From Nitrospinota bacterium (GTDB lineage Bacteria > UBA8248), in the NCBI GenBank assembly GCA_046581755.1, contig JAYGFR010000071.1:1-29813 (forward strand): a stretch of DNA of 29,813 bases. The letters are read 5' to 3'. A program made the position numbers and the translations under genes. Positions within the stretch are counted from its first letter, which is position 1; every line of letters starts with the position of its first letter. Of the stretch, positions 17,061 through 27,096 are shown piece by piece. The notes beneath the pieces are model-generated. The model made no database searches. It saw only the letters and a list, made by a program, of their open reading frames with translations, and was not told the origin of the DNA.

Positions 17061-18067
17061 TCGTTCGAAACCTCGATGAGGCGATCGAGGGCTTGAGAGG
17101 CTTTTCCCGAATCGATGGACTCTGCGGCGATGCCAACGCCGTCCCGGAGGGTATCGGCCTTTCCCGCCGCCATCAGCGCGGCAGATGCGTTGAGAAGCAC
17201 CACATCGCGCGGCGGACCTTTATCTCCAGCCAAAATACTTCTCAGGATTTTGGCGTTATCCTCCGGTGAGCCGCCCACGATATCCCGCGATTTCGCGGAA
17301 CTCAGACCCGCATCTTCTGGCCGGACATCGTATGTTTTCACCTCGCTACCATCCCACTCGGAAACGTGCGTCGCCCCCACCAGGGTGATCTCGTCCATCC
17401 CGTCACGGCCATGAACCACGAGCGCCCGCTTGGCTCCGAGTTGGCCCAGCACGTTCGCGGCCAGTTCGGTGAGTTGGGGTGCGTATACGCCAACCAGTTG
17501 GCACTGCGCACCGGCGGGATTCGTCAAGGGCCCCATGATGTTGAAGATGCTCCGCATGGCCAGCTCGCGCCGCGGTCCGATGGCATGCTTCATCGCACCG
17601 TGAAGGGAGGGCGCAAACAAAAACCCGAATCCCACCTCGTCCAGGCAATGGCCGACCTGTTCGGGCGATATCTCGATGTTCACCCCGAGCGCCTTCAACA
17701 CGTCCGCACTGCCCGATTTGCTCGACACCGAACGGTTCCCGTGCTTGGCGACGGGCTGCCCCGAACCGGCAACGACAAATGCCGCCGTAGTGCTGATATT
17801 AAAGGTTTGGGATCCGTCCCCGCCCGTCCCGCAGGTATCGACCAGGAGGGGGTGCTTCGTTTTCACCGGGGTCACTTTCGCTCGCATGGATCGAACGCTG
17901 CCCGCAATCTCATCGGGCGTCTCGCCCGCCATGCGGAGGGCGACCAGGTAACCGCCAATCTGGGCAGGCGTTGCCTCGCCGGTCATGATTTGATCCATAA
18001 TTTTTTTCGCTTCATCGGCCGAAAGGTGCAGGCCACCCACCAGGTTTGCGATGGCGTCCTGAATCAT
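17057..18067 (-). CDS. trpD: Anthranilate phosphoribosyltransferase
   Basis: DTCGTGGDG, FNIST, KHGNRSVSSKSGSAD, GPLTNPA, DGMDE. Confidence 0.97.
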   Translation of the reverse strand: MIQDAIANLVGGLHLSADEAKKIMDQIMTGEATPAQIGGYLVALRMAGETPDEIAGSVRSMRAKVTPVKTKHPLLVDTCGTGGDGSQTFNISTTAAFVVAGSGQPVAKHGNRSVSSKSGSADVLKALGVNIEISPEQVGHCLDEVGFGFLFAPSLHGAMKHAIGPRRELAMRSIFNIMGPLTNPAGAQCQLVGVYAPQLTELAANVLGQLGAKRALVVHGRDGMDEITLVGATHVSEWDGSEVKTYDVRPEDAGLSSAKSRDIVGGSPEDNAKILRSILAGDKGPPRDVVLLNASAALMAAGKADTLRDGVGIAAESIDSGKASQALDRLIEVSNE

Positions 18068-18207
18068 TTTTCCCTGCCTCTATGCGAAATTGCTGAAAAA
18101 GCGCAAACCGGTGCGCAGAAAGGGCGATAGCCGTATTCTGGCCTCACCCGAAATCAGGCTTTTCATTCACCAAATCAATCCGACGATACCCTGCCCGCAG
18201 TCCATGC

Positions 18208-18846
18208 TCAACCCTCTTCGGGAGAAGGGGAAACCGGGTTTTCTCCGCCGCCCGGCTCCGCTCCTAAACCACCACACCCCCCCTCAAGCGCATTCCGCAG
18301 CAAGGATTTTCCCTCCGGCGTAAGGATGGACTCCGGATGGAACTGCACCCCGGCGATCGGAAGATCCTTCACGCGAAGGGCCATGATCTCCCCTTCATCG
18401 GTCTCGGCACATACTTCGAGCCCCTCCGGCAAGGATGAGCGCTCAATGAGCAGACTGTGATACCGGGTGGCTGTCAGCGGATTCTGAAGACCCCGGAAGA
18501 GCCCTTTTCCGTCATGGAGCACCTGGGAAGTTTTTCCGTGCATGATCCGGTCCGCCCGAACTATGCGGGCGCCATACACGGCCCCGACCGCCTGATGCCC
18601 CAGGCAAACGCCCACTAAGGGGAATTTCCCCGCGTACCGCTCGATCAACGGCATCGAGAGCCCCGCCCGGTCGGGGGTGCCGGGACCCGGCGAAATCATG
18701 ATGAGGTCGGGGGCGAACTCGTCAACCGAGTCCATCTCGAATTGATCGTTCCGCCAAACGGTGACCTCGGCGCCCAGTTCGGCTAGATACTGGACGAGGT
18801 TGTAGGTGAACGAATCATAGTTGTCGATCATCAATACACGGGGCAT
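18208..18846 (-). CDS. trpG: Anthranilate synthase component II (glutamine amidotransferase)
   Basis: IDNYDSFTYNL, SPGPG, GVCLGHQ, HGK, RYHSL, GVQFHPES. It lies between trpE and trpD. Confidence 0.93.
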   Translation of the reverse strand: MPRVLMIDNYDSFTYNLVQYLAELGAEVTVWRNDQFEMDSVDEFAPDLIMISPGPGTPDRAGLSMPLIERYAGKFPLVGVCLGHQAVGAVYGARIVRADRIMHGKTSQVLHDGKGLFRGLQNPLTATRYHSLLIERSSLPEGLEVCAETDEGEIMALRVKDLPIAGVQFHPESILTPEGKSLLRNALEGGCGGLGAEPGGGENPVSPSPEEG

Positions 18847-18878
18847 CCTGCTATCTCCTCTGGCCCGCCGGGCGCGGC

Positions 18879-20396
18879 CTAAATCAGGCCGCTTCGGGCC
18901 ACCTCCAGGGCGCGGAGCGTGCCGCGCGCCTTATTCATGGTTTCCTCGTACTCGAATGCGGGCCCGGAGTCGGCGACGATCCCGGCCCCCACCTGCAGAT
19001 AGAGCTTTCCGCCGCGAGCATAGAGCGTGCGGATGGCGATACAGGTGTCCATATTCCCGTCAAATCCAAAATATCCCACCGCACCAGCATAGGGGCCGCG
19101 CCGGACGGGTTCTTTTTCCTCGATAATTTCCATGGCCCGCACCTTGGGCGCGCCCGAGACCGTTCCGGCGGGAAACGTCGCCCGAAGGACGTCGTAGGCG
19201 TCCCGCCCGGCCTCCAGTTTGCCGACGACGTGGCTGACGATGTGCATGACGTGGCTGTAACGCTCGATGGTCATCTGCTCGGTGACGCGGACCGTGCCCG
19301 GCTCGCAGACGCGGCCGATGTCGTTCCGGCCCAGATCGACGAGCATGATGTGCTCGGCGCGCTCCTTTTCGTCGAAAAGAAGCTCCTGCCCGAGCGCGTG
19401 GTCTTCTTCCTCGTTTGCGCCCCTGCGGCGCGTGCCGGCGATGGGACGCACCTCGACGCGCTCCCCTTCGAGGCGGGCGAGCACCTCGGGCGAGGCGCCC
19501 ACCAGGGTCGTCTCCCCCAAGGTCAGATAGAACATGTAGGGAGACGGATTCACCGTCCGGAGTGCCCGGTAGATAGCGAATGGATGCACATCGAGCGCGC
19601 TTTCGAGCCGCTGGGAGAGCACGACCTGAATCACCTCGCCCGCATGGATCATCTCGACCGTATCGGCGACGTCTTTCTCGAACGCCTCTTTCGAGACAGA
19701 TGAGTTCAACCCCGGCATCCCCGGCACGGGAAAACCCGACAATTCCTCGGCGGGAGGGCGCGGGGGCTCGGAAGGAGGGCGAATCCCCGGTCCATTCAGA
19801 CGATCCACCAGCGCGTCGATCTTCGAAACCGCCTCGATGTAGGAGGTGCCGGGATGGCTCCCATCGAGGCGCGCCATGGCCACCACCTTTATCCGCTGGC
19901 TAACATGGTCGAAAATGACCAGCGTATCGGTGAGCATGAAGCAGCTCTCGGCCATTCCCAGATCGTCTTCCGCCCTCTCGGGAAGCCGCTCGATGAAACG
20001 GATCATGTCATAGGACAGGTAACCCACCGCGCCACCCCAGAAGCGGGGCAGTCCCTCCACCTCGACAGGCCGATAGTCTTTCATGAAATCCCGCAGGGCA
20101 TCGATCGGATCTTCACTCTGAAACTCGCGGGTCTCTCCATTTACCGTCAATCGGATTTGGTGCCCCTTGCTCTCAAATACGGCGGCGGGACGGCTTCCCA
20201 GAAAACAATAGCGGGCCCATTTTTCCCCTCCCTCCACACTTTCGAGCAGAAACGAGTAGGGATCGTCCGCGATTTTCAAATATGCCGAAACAGGCGTCTC
20301 CAAATCGGCCAGAATCTCACGGTATACCGGGATCAGATTCCCCCGGTTCGCGAGTTCGTAAAACGTCTTCTCATCGGGTACATAGAGCGGTTGCAT
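18879..20396 (-). CDS. trpE: Anthranilate synthase component I
   Basis: DLETPVS, FLLESVEGGE (Trp feedback site), NPSPYM, PIAGTR, KERAEHIMLVDLGRND, PAGTVSGAPK, GAGIVADS. ATG 20396 with a GAGGT RBS. Confidence 0.96.
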   Translation of the reverse strand: MQPLYVPDEKTFYELANRGNLIPVYREILADLETPVSAYLKIADDPYSFLLESVEGGEKWARYCFLGSRPAAVFESKGHQIRLTVNGETREFQSEDPIDALRDFMKDYRPVEVEGLPRFWGGAVGYLSYDMIRFIERLPERAEDDLGMAESCFMLTDTLVIFDHVSQRIKVVAMARLDGSHPGTSYIEAVSKIDALVDRLNGPGIRPPSEPPRPPAEELSGFPVPGMPGLNSSVSKEAFEKDVADTVEMIHAGEVIQVVLSQRLESALDVHPFAIYRALRTVNPSPYMFYLTLGETTLVGASPEVLARLEGERVEVRPIAGTRRRGANEEEDHALGQELLFDEKERAEHIMLVDLGRNDIGRVCEPGTVRVTEQMTIERYSHVMHIVSHVVGKLEAGRDAYDVLRATFPAGTVSGAPKVRAMEIIEEKEPVRRGPYAGAVGYFGFDGNMDTCIAIRTLYARGGKLYLQVGAGIVADSGPAFEYEETMNKARGTLRALEVARSGLI

Positions 20397-20437
20397 CGTG
20401 CTTACCTCGTAGAATCGGCGCACTCGAAAATCAGCCT

Positions 20438-20479
20438 AAAAAAATCGCCATGGAGGAAATTGAGAATCCACCATGGCGA
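20438..20479 (-). terminator. Intrinsic terminator (attenuator) upstream of trpE
   Basis: Minus strand UCGCCAUGGUGGA-uucucaauu-UCCUCCAUGGCGA-UUUUUUU: a 13-position stem with one U-U mismatch plus U7, ending about 40 nt before the trpE start. Confidence 0.85.
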
Positions 20480-20504
20480 CGTGGCTTATCGATTCGAATC
20501 GAAT

Positions 20505-20591
20505 CTAATCGACCACAGGCGGACCTCCCCACCGGAACCGGGCTGCATCTCGCCAAGGCCATGAATCATTCATCCGGTGCCGATTTCTCAT
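20505..20591 (-). CDS. trpL: Putative Trp-rich leader peptide (TrpL-like), MRNRHRMNDSWPWRDAARFRWGGPPVVD
   Basis: 28 codons with 3 UGG codons (W11, W13, W21), preceded by GAGGAG. The stop lies about 25 nt before the terminator stem upstream of trpE. In-frame alternative ATGs exist at 20609 and 20573. Confidence 0.7.
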   Translation of the reverse strand: MRNRHRMNDSWPWRDAARFRWGGPPVVD

Positions 20592-20655
20592 TCCACCAAC
20601 GCTCCTCATCGTGACGAATCCATTTGATGAAAAATCGCAAAGAATCCTCCCGGCG

Positions 20656-21474
20656 TCAAGTCTTCTCGTAGGGCTCCCCTTCGGACTCCGGGCCGCCGTC
20701 CCCGTCTGGTAGGGGCAGCTTATCGCCATAGTCCACTTCCACGAGATACAGCCCCTGGGCCGGAGCGCGCATTCCGGCCCGGTTCCGGTCGTGTGCCTCA
20801 AGGATGGCCGGTATCGAATCCGGGGAGCGCTCCCCCCGGCCCACCTCGGCCAGCGTGCCCACGATGTTGCGAACCATGAAGCGGAGAAACCCCTCGGCCG
20901 TGACTTCTACCCAAATCTCATCGCCGGTCTCGGATACTTCAAGTCGATCTAATTTCCGGACCGTCGAGGACACCTCGATGCTTTCTGGGCAAAAACTCGC
21001 AAAATCCCGCTCCCCGGCGAAATGGGCCGCCGCCGCCTGCATTCGCTCAAGGTCCAGCCTCCTGCGGTGATGCCACACGTGGCTCCGCCTAAGGGCGCTG
21101 GACCCCTTTCGCGTCAAAATGCGGTAGCGGTAGGTTTTCCGTACCACATCGAATTGCGCGTGAAACGGCTCATTAGCCTCGCGGCAATCGAATATGGATA
21201 CGTCTTTTTCGAGAAGTGAATTGAGCCCCAAGAGAAATTTTTTCGGCTTCAAATCGGCGCTCGTGTCGAAATGGGCCACTTGTCCCAGGGCATGAACACC
21301 CGCGTCGGTCCGGCCCGAGGCGATGGTGCGGACATTCTCGCCGCACATCCGGGCAAGGGCGGCCTCGATCCCGGATTGGACGGTCCGCTGGCCAGGCTGA
21401 ATTTGCCAGCCGTGAAATTCGGTGCCGTCGTACTCGATCCACAGGACCAGGCGGCGATCTTTATCGTTGCGCAT
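20656..21474 (-). CDS. truA: tRNA pseudouridine(38-40) synthase
   Basis: EYDGTEFHGWQ, SGRTDAGVHA, FHAQF, YRY, FLRFMVRNIVG, APAQGLYL. Confidence 0.96.
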   Translation of the reverse strand: MRNDKDRRLVLWIEYDGTEFHGWQIQPGQRTVQSGIEAALARMCGENVRTIASGRTDAGVHALGQVAHFDTSADLKPKKFLLGLNSLLEKDVSIFDCREANEPFHAQFDVVRKTYRYRILTRKGSSALRRSHVWHHRRRLDLERMQAAAAHFAGERDFASFCPESIEVSSTVRKLDRLEVSETGDEIWVEVTAEGFLRFMVRNIVGTLAEVGRGERSPDSIPAILEAHDRNRAGMRAPAQGLYLVEVDYGDKLPLPDGDGGPESEGEPYEKT

Positions 21475-21504
21475 GAGGCGAGGGCATCCAGGCGGAAACG
21501 CCCA

Positions 21505-24360
21505 TTACTCCGGAGCGGACGAAATGGCGAGCGCTTCGCGGAGAAATTTCCCGGTGAACGAACCCTCGACCCCGGCCACCTCCTCGGGAGAACCCGAGGC
21601 CACCAAGCACCCCCCACCCTCTCCTCCCTCCGGGCCAAGATCGATGATGTAGTCGGCCGATTTAATGACATCCATATTATGCTCAATAATAATGACCGTA
21701 TTGCCCTGTTCCACGAGTTGGTGCAGCACCGAAAGAAGTTTTTCGATATCGGCGAAGTGGAGGCCCGTCGTGGGTTCGTCTAGAATGTAGAGGGACCGGC
21801 CCGTCGCACGGCGCGCCAACTCCTTGCACAGCTTCAGGCGCTGGGCCTCGCCCCCGCTCAGGGTCGTGGCCGGTTGGCCCAGGCGTAGATAGCCCAATCC
21901 CACATCTTGAAGGGATTTGAGCTTCCAGCGAATTTCGTTGAGATTTTCGAAAAACAGGGCTGCCTGGTCCACCGTCATGTCCAACACGTCAGCGATGGTG
22001 CGTCCCTTGTAGCGGACGTCCAGTGTTTCGCGGTTGAAGCGCTTCCCGCGGCACTCGCCGCAACGGATATAAAGATCTGGAAGAAAGTGCATCTCCATCC
22101 GGATGGTCCCGTCTCCCTGGCAGGCCTCGCATCTCCCTCCTTTGACGTTGAAGCTAAAGCGCCCGGGCGGATACCCCCTCTTCCTGGCCTCGATCACCTT
22201 GGCGAACAGGCTCCGGATGGGCGCGAAAACACCGCTGTAGGTGGCCGGATTACTCCGCGGGGTGCGCCCGATGGGCGTTTGATCGATGTCGATCACTTTG
22301 TCGATTTGGTCAATCCCCTCGATGGCGCGGTGCTGACCCGGGGTGGCGAGCGCACGGTACAGCTTTCTCGACAGTGCCCTGTAGAGAACTTCTTCGATCA
22401 AGGTGCTCTTTCCGCTTCCACTCACTCCCGTAACACAAACGAGAAGACCGAGCGGGATCGTCACGTCCACATCCTTGAGATTGTGCTGGCTGGCACCCCG
22501 AATGATAATGCTGCCGCCGACCGCACAGCGGCGGGCGGCGGGCGGAGAAATGACGCTTTTGCCGGTGAGGTAGCGCCCCGTCAGGGAATCCGGATTCGAG
22601 CGAATGGCTTCAGGGCTCCCCGATGCCACCAGGTGCCCTCCGTGCTCACCAGCACCCGGGCCGAGGTCTACCACATGGTCGGCGCATTCAATCGTGTCGC
22701 GGTCGTGCTCGACGACGATGACCGAATTTCCCATGTCGCGCAGCTTACCGAGCGTTTCGAGAAGACGGCGGTTATCGCGCTGGTGAAGTCCGATGCTCGG
22801 CTCGTCCAGGACGTAAAGAACTCCCACCAGCGATGCCCCAATTTGGCTGGCCAAGCGCACGCGCTGGCCCTCCCCGCCACTCAGAGTGGCCGTCGGCCGA
22901 TCCAGCGTAAGGTAATCTAGGCCTACTTTGGAAAGAAATTCGAGCCGCTCGTTGATCTCCTTGAGAACCCGCTCGGCGACGGGATCCTGTGCATAGCGGC
23001 CAGCCATCTTTTGGAAAAACTTCCGGCTCCGGCCGATGGGCATCTCGCAAATCTGGCTGACATTTTTATCCCCGAATGTAACCGCGAGGCTCTCGGGCTT
23101 GAGGCGCGCACCATTACAAGCCTCGCAGGGGATCACGCCCATGAATTGTTCGACATCGGTACGGACGGAATCACTCGATGAATTTTCGAACCGTTCCGCA
23201 AGAACATTCAAAATCCCATTAAATACCCGCTCCCTGCGGAGAATCCGTTTGGCCGTTTTATGGCGAATCTTGATTTTTTTCCCCTCGGTCCCGTGCAATA
23301 AAAGATCGCGGTGCTTTTTGGAAAGTTTACGAAACGGGCGATCCGTCGAAATTTTATATTCCTGGACCACCGCGCTCACGGCCGATGAGAGGAAACTCTT
23401 TTTTCCCGCAAGGGGAGCTATAGCGCCTTCCTCTATCGACAGGTCGGGGTCGGGCACCACCCGCTCAGGAGCCATCCGGTGAACCATACCCAAACCATTG
23501 CATTTTTCGCACGCGCCATAGGGGCTATTGAATGAAAACATCCGGGGAGCGGATTCCGGCAACATAATATTGCACTTGGCGCAACTGAAATCCTGGCTGA
23601 ATAGGTACTCGGGCCCTTCCTCCACCTGGAACAGAATCAGCCCCTTTGAGAGGGAAAGGGAGGTTTCGATGGAATCGATCAGGCGACGCTCGATGCCGGG
23701 CTTGACGACCAGACGATCCACCTGGACCTCGATGTTGTGCTTCATATGCCGCTTGAGGCTGATTTCACCGCCCAGATCGAAATAACGGCCATCGATGCGG
23801 ACCCGCGAGAACCCCTTACGCTCGAGCCCTTCGAGTTCTTTCCGGTAGATTCCCTTTCGGCCTCTGACGATGGGCGCCAGAATCTGGACGTGGGTGCCCC
23901 CGGTCATGTCCATGATGCGCGAAACCATTTGTTCCACCTTGAGGGCATTCATCGGGTCGCCGCACGAAGGGCAATGCGGACTACCCGCCCGGGCGAATAG
24001 GAGCCGGATGTGGTCGTATATCTCCGTCACCGTGCCCACCGTGGAACGCGGGTTTTTGCTGACGGTTTTTTGTTCGATGGAGATTGTGGGCGAGAGGCCT
24101 TCGATGGAATCGATATCGGGCTTATCGATTTGATCCATGAATTGGCGGGCATAGGCCGATAGCGATTCGACATACCGCCGCTGCCCCTCGGCATAAATGG
24201 TGTCGAAGGCGAGACTGCTTTTGCCCGATCCGCTCAGGCCCGTGATCACTACGAGCTTGTCGCGCGGAATTTCGAGATTCAGGTCCTTGAGATTATGTTC
24301 GCGCGCGCCACGGATAACGATCTTCCGCTCGCGGCGCGGGCGGCCGTTAGTGGAGCCCAT
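21505..24360 (-). CDS. uvrA: Excinuclease ABC subunit A
   Basis: [22 protein letters not shown], two LSGGE signatures, GVSGSGKST, zinc-finger CxxC pairs, LDEPTTGLH. Confidence 0.98.
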   Translation of the reverse strand: MGSTNGRPRRERKIVIRGAREHNLKDLNLEIPRDKLVVITGLSGSGKSSLAFDTIYAEGQRRYVESLSAYARQFMDQIDKPDIDSIEGLSPTISIEQKTVSKNPRSTVGTVTEIYDHIRLLFARAGSPHCPSCGDPMNALKVEQMVSRIMDMTGGTHVQILAPIVRGRKGIYRKELEGLERKGFSRVRIDGRYFDLGGEISLKRHMKHNIEVQVDRLVVKPGIERRLIDSIETSLSLSKGLILFQVEEGPEYLFSQDFSCAKCNIMLPESAPRMFSFNSPYGACEKCNGLGMVHRMAPERVVPDPDLSIEEGAIAPLAGKKSFLSSAVSAVVQEYKISTDRPFRKLSKKHRDLLLHGTEGKKIKIRHKTAKRILRRERVFNGILNVLAERFENSSSDSVRTDVEQFMGVIPCEACNGARLKPESLAVTFGDKNVSQICEMPIGRSRKFFQKMAGRYAQDPVAERVLKEINERLEFLSKVGLDYLTLDRPTATLSGGEGQRVRLASQIGASLVGVLYVLDEPSIGLHQRDNRRLLETLGKLRDMGNSVIVVEHDRDTIECADHVVDLGPGAGEHGGHLVASGSPEAIRSNPDSLTGRYLTGKSVISPPAARRCAVGGSIIIRGASQHNLKDVDVTIPLGLLVCVTGVSGSGKSTLIEEVLYRALSRKLYRALATPGQHRAIEGIDQIDKVIDIDQTPIGRTPRSNPATYSGVFAPIRSLFAKVIEARKRGYPPGRFSFNVKGGRCEACQGDGTIRMEMHFLPDLYIRCGECRGKRFNRETLDVRYKGRTIADVLDMTVDQAALFFENLNEIRWKLKSLQDVGLGYLRLGQPATTLSGGEAQRLKLCKELARRATGRSLYILDEPTTGLHFADIEKLLSVLHQLVEQGNTVIIIEHNMDVIKSADYIIDLGPEGGEGGGCLVASGSPEEVAGVEGSFTGKFLREALAISSAPE

Positions 24361-24420
24361 CTAACTCTCCGTCCGGAACTCGGGGGTCGAAAACGGGGGC
24401 GGCCCAGCGCATAACCCCTC

Positions 24421-24429
24421 AATATACCA
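24421..24429 (-). promoter_or_regulatory. Possible extended -10 promoter element for uvrA
   Basis: Minus strand TG-G-TATATT about 60 nt upstream of the uvrA ATG. No good -35 element. Confidence 0.35.
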
Positions 24430-24463
24430 TGGTCCGGCCCATCGCGCAGAGTCTTTAGAACCG

Positions 24464-24844
24464 TTAGGACCAAGTTAGACCGCCCGATACGTTGATGTCC
24501 TGGCCAGTGATGTCTCGTCCCTCCTTTGAGGTGAGAAAAACGCAAACCGCGGCGTGGTCTTCGGGCTTGACGAAGCGCTTCAAGGCAGCGGGAGCGGTGA
24601 AGGCCACCTCTGCATCACCGACCGAAATATATTCGGCGCGGGCCAAATCATCGGAAATGCGGTGTATGTACGGCCCCTCGGTGGAGTCGGGACATACCGT
24701 GTCGGCCGTTCTTTGGAGATTCAACTCGTTCCGTGCAGTCAGTACAATCCGGGCACCTTCCTCGGCCATCCGGCGGGCATTCCCCCGGCTAACAATCACC
24801 CGGCTGGCATCGGTCACGATGACGACCTTATCCTGCAGGCGCAA
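24464..24844 (-). pseudogene. SDR oxidoreductase remnant with an in-frame internal deletion
   Basis: It aligns by eye with the neighbouring SDR at the N terminus (MRLQDKVVIVT) and C terminus (TVCP...GQDINVSGGLTW). About 134 central residues are absent, including NNxG and YxxxK, and the glycine motif has decayed to TDASRVIVS. Confidence 0.8.
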
Positions 24845-24898
24845 GGACTCTCTCCTGCCGTTTCCGGGCGAGCCGGAAGAGCCCCGGCCGAAAACCCG

Positions 24899-25672
24899 TC
24901 AATACCAGCAAAGCCCGGCCGTTACGTTGATGTCTTGTGCGGTCATGTGCTTCCCATCCTCGGAGCACAGGTATACGCACATATTGGCGGTGTCCCCGGG
25001 CGTGACCAGTTCCCCAAGTGTTCCGGTGAAGTTCTTTTCGGCCTCTTCAAGTGAGATGCCTAGGGCCTGGGCCTCGTTGGCAATTACCCGCCGGATGCGC
25101 TCTCCTTCGGTTGCGCCCGGACACACCGTATTTACCGTTATGCCGAATTCGCCCACCTCGAAGGCGAGGGTGCGTGAGAGCCCGATGACGGCCATTTTCG
25201 ATGCCGCGTAGGGAGATCGGTGGATCAAGGGACGCTTGCCGGTCATCGAACTAATGTTGACGATTCGACCGGAGCGCCGCTCCTTCATGATGGGAATGGC
25301 GTGCTTGCAACAAAGAAACATCCCGGTCACATTCACCGCAAAGCACTCTTCCCACTCCTCAGCAGTAATGTCCTCAACTGCCTTCATGGGCCCCGCGACG
25401 CCCGAATTGTTGATCAGGATATCGAGCGCACCGAAACGGGCAACGGTTTCTTCCATCAAACTTTTCACCGAGACCTCGTCCGTGACATCGGAGAGGACGG
25501 TATGAGAGACGCCGCCCGCACCGGCGATCGCCTTCGAGGTGTCCGCGAGGTTTTTCTCCGAGCGCGCCGCGAGAACCGTCATCGCCCCTTCACCCGCCAC
25601 CGCCTGCGCGATGATCTGGCCGATGCCCTGGCTGGCGCCGGTGACGATGGCAACCTTATCCTTGAGACGCAT
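24899..25672 (-). CDS. Classical short-chain dehydrogenase/reductase (SDR)
   Basis: TGASQGIG, NNSG, NISS, YAASK, NTVCPG. AAGGAGGAG RBS before ATG 25672. Confidence 0.92.
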   Translation of the reverse strand: MRLKDKVAIVTGASQGIGQIIAQAVAGEGAMTVLAARSEKNLADTSKAIAGAGGVSHTVLSDVTDEVSVKSLMEETVARFGALDILINNSGVAGPMKAVEDITAEEWEECFAVNVTGMFLCCKHAIPIMKERRSGRIVNISSMTGKRPLIHRSPYAASKMAVIGLSRTLAFEVGEFGITVNTVCPGATEGERIRRVIANEAQALGISLEEAEKNFTGTLGELVTPGDTANMCVYLCSEDGKHMTAQDINVTAGLCWY

Positions 25673-25701
25673 GCCCACTCCTCCTTGCTTCTTCCCGGGG
25701 C

Positions 25702-26118
25702 TTACGAGGAAAACTCCATGACTGAAAACCAGTAACCAAATTCAAAAGCCGCCGTATCGGGAGCGTCCGAACCGTGCGTAGAATTCCGCTCGATGCTCTC
25801 TCCATGCTCCTTGCGGATGGTTCCCTCGGCGGCCTCTTCAGGATTCGTCGCCCCCATCACATCGCGCCAGTGCTTGATTGCGTCATCTCGCTCCAACGCA
25901 AGGACAACCGTCTGGCCCGACGACATGAAAGCGGTCAAGTCGCCGAAAAACGGGCGCTCTCGGTGAACGGCATAAAAACCCTCGGCCTGCGCCAGCGTCA
26001 TAGAGACCATGCGCATCCCCAGGATGCGAAAACCCTCATCTTCAATCCGCGAGATGATTTTTCCAGCGATTCTGCGCTCTGTGGCGTCGGGCTTGATCAT
26101 CGCCAACGTTCTTTCCAT
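25702..26118 (-). CDS. ndk: Nucleoside diphosphate kinase
   Basis: [36 protein letters not shown]. Confidence 0.97.
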   Translation of the reverse strand: MERTLAMIKPDATERRIAGKIISRIEDEGFRILGMRMVSMTLAQAEGFYAVHRERPFFGDLTAFMSSGQTVVLALERDDAIKHWRDVMGATNPEEAAEGTIRKEHGESIERNSTHGSDAPDTAAFEFGYWFSVMEFSS

Positions 26119-26187
26119 TTCCGTGTTGCTCCCCTGAAAATGCCCGCGCGAACTCCCGCGGATTACAAAAGTGATGAATTTTTCGGG

Positions 26188-27084
26188 CTATTCACTGCCG
26201 AGAACTTTTGCCATAGTGATGCCCATATCACCTGGGCTTTTCGAGACGTGGATGCCGCACTCTTCCATGACACGCATCTTCTCGGCGGCGGTCCCCTCCC
26301 CGCCCGAGATGATGGCTCCTGCATGACCCATGCGCCGCCCCGGTGGCGCCGTCTGACCGGCGATGAAGCCCACCATCGGTTTTTTCACATTCTCTTTGGC
26401 CCAGCGGGCAGCATCCTGCTCGGCCGTTCCCCCGATCTCGCCAATCATAATGATGGCCTCGGTTTCGGAGTCTTCTTCGAATAGCTCAAGGAGGTCAATG
26501 TACATGGTCCCGATAATCGGGTCGCCACCGATGCCCACACACGAGGACTGCCCGAGGCCCACTTCGGTTAGCTGAGCCACCACTTCGTAGGTAAGCGTTC
26601 CACTCTTGGAGATGACCCCAATGGAGCCCTTCTTATGAATGTGGCCGGGCATGATGCCCATTTTACATTCCCCAGGGGAGATCACGCCTGGACAGTTGGG
26701 GCCGATCAAAACATTGTTTTTCCCCTGCCGGTGCCGGTGAACAAAAACCATGTCGCGGACCGGGATTCCTTCAGTGATGCAAACGATGACCGGCACATCC
26801 TCGTCGAGGGATTCGACGATCGCGTCGGCCGCGAACGGAGGGGGCACGAAAATCAGCGATGCGTTCGCGCCGGTTTCGGCAACCGCCTCCGCGACCGAAT
26901 TAAACACCGGGATGCCTTCGGCCGTCTGGCCACCCTTTCCCGGCGTGACGCCGGCAACGACTGCCCCGCCTCCCCCCGCGAATTCCTGGCTGTACTCTTG
27001 GCACTGCCCCGCGTGAAAGCCGCCTTCGCGCCCCGTTATCCCCTGAACGAGAATGCGGGTCTCTTTGTTGATGAGAATACTCAA
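26188..27084 (-). CDS. sucD: Succinyl-CoA synthetase alpha subunit
   Basis: [49 protein letters not shown] (phospho-His). Confidence 0.97.
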   Translation of the reverse strand: MSILINKETRILVQGITGREGGFHAGQCQEYSQEFAGGGGAVVAGVTPGKGGQTAEGIPVFNSVAEAVAETGANASLIFVPPPFAADAIVESLDEDVPVIVCITEGIPVRDMVFVHRHRQGKNNVLIGPNCPGVISPGECKMGIMPGHIHKKGSIGVISKSGTLTYEVVAQLTEVGLGQSSCVGIGGDPIIGTMYIDLLELFEEDSETEAIIMIGEIGGTAEQDAARWAKENVKKPMVGFIAGQTAPPGRRMGHAGAIISGGEGTAAEKMRVMEECGIHVSKSPGDMGITMAKVLGSE

Positions 27085-27096
27085 AGAATCTTCTCC

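Noticed and set aside
20505..20801. 98-aa ORF overlapping the truA 3' end
   Set aside because: The upstream part is an alternative frame of truA. Only the 3' 28 codons, which have their own RBS, make sense, as the trp leader.
21907..22920. 337-aa plus-strand ORF inside uvrA (and similar antisense ORFs at 1003-1836, 10022-10792, 14886-15659, 17366-18130)
   Set aside because: These are codon-register mirrors of conserved minus-strand genes, with no independent domain signal.
24361..24463. LexA/SOS box upstream of uvrA
   Set aside because: No CTGT-N8-ACAG, GAAC-N4-GTTC or GTTC-N7-GTTC match is recognisable.
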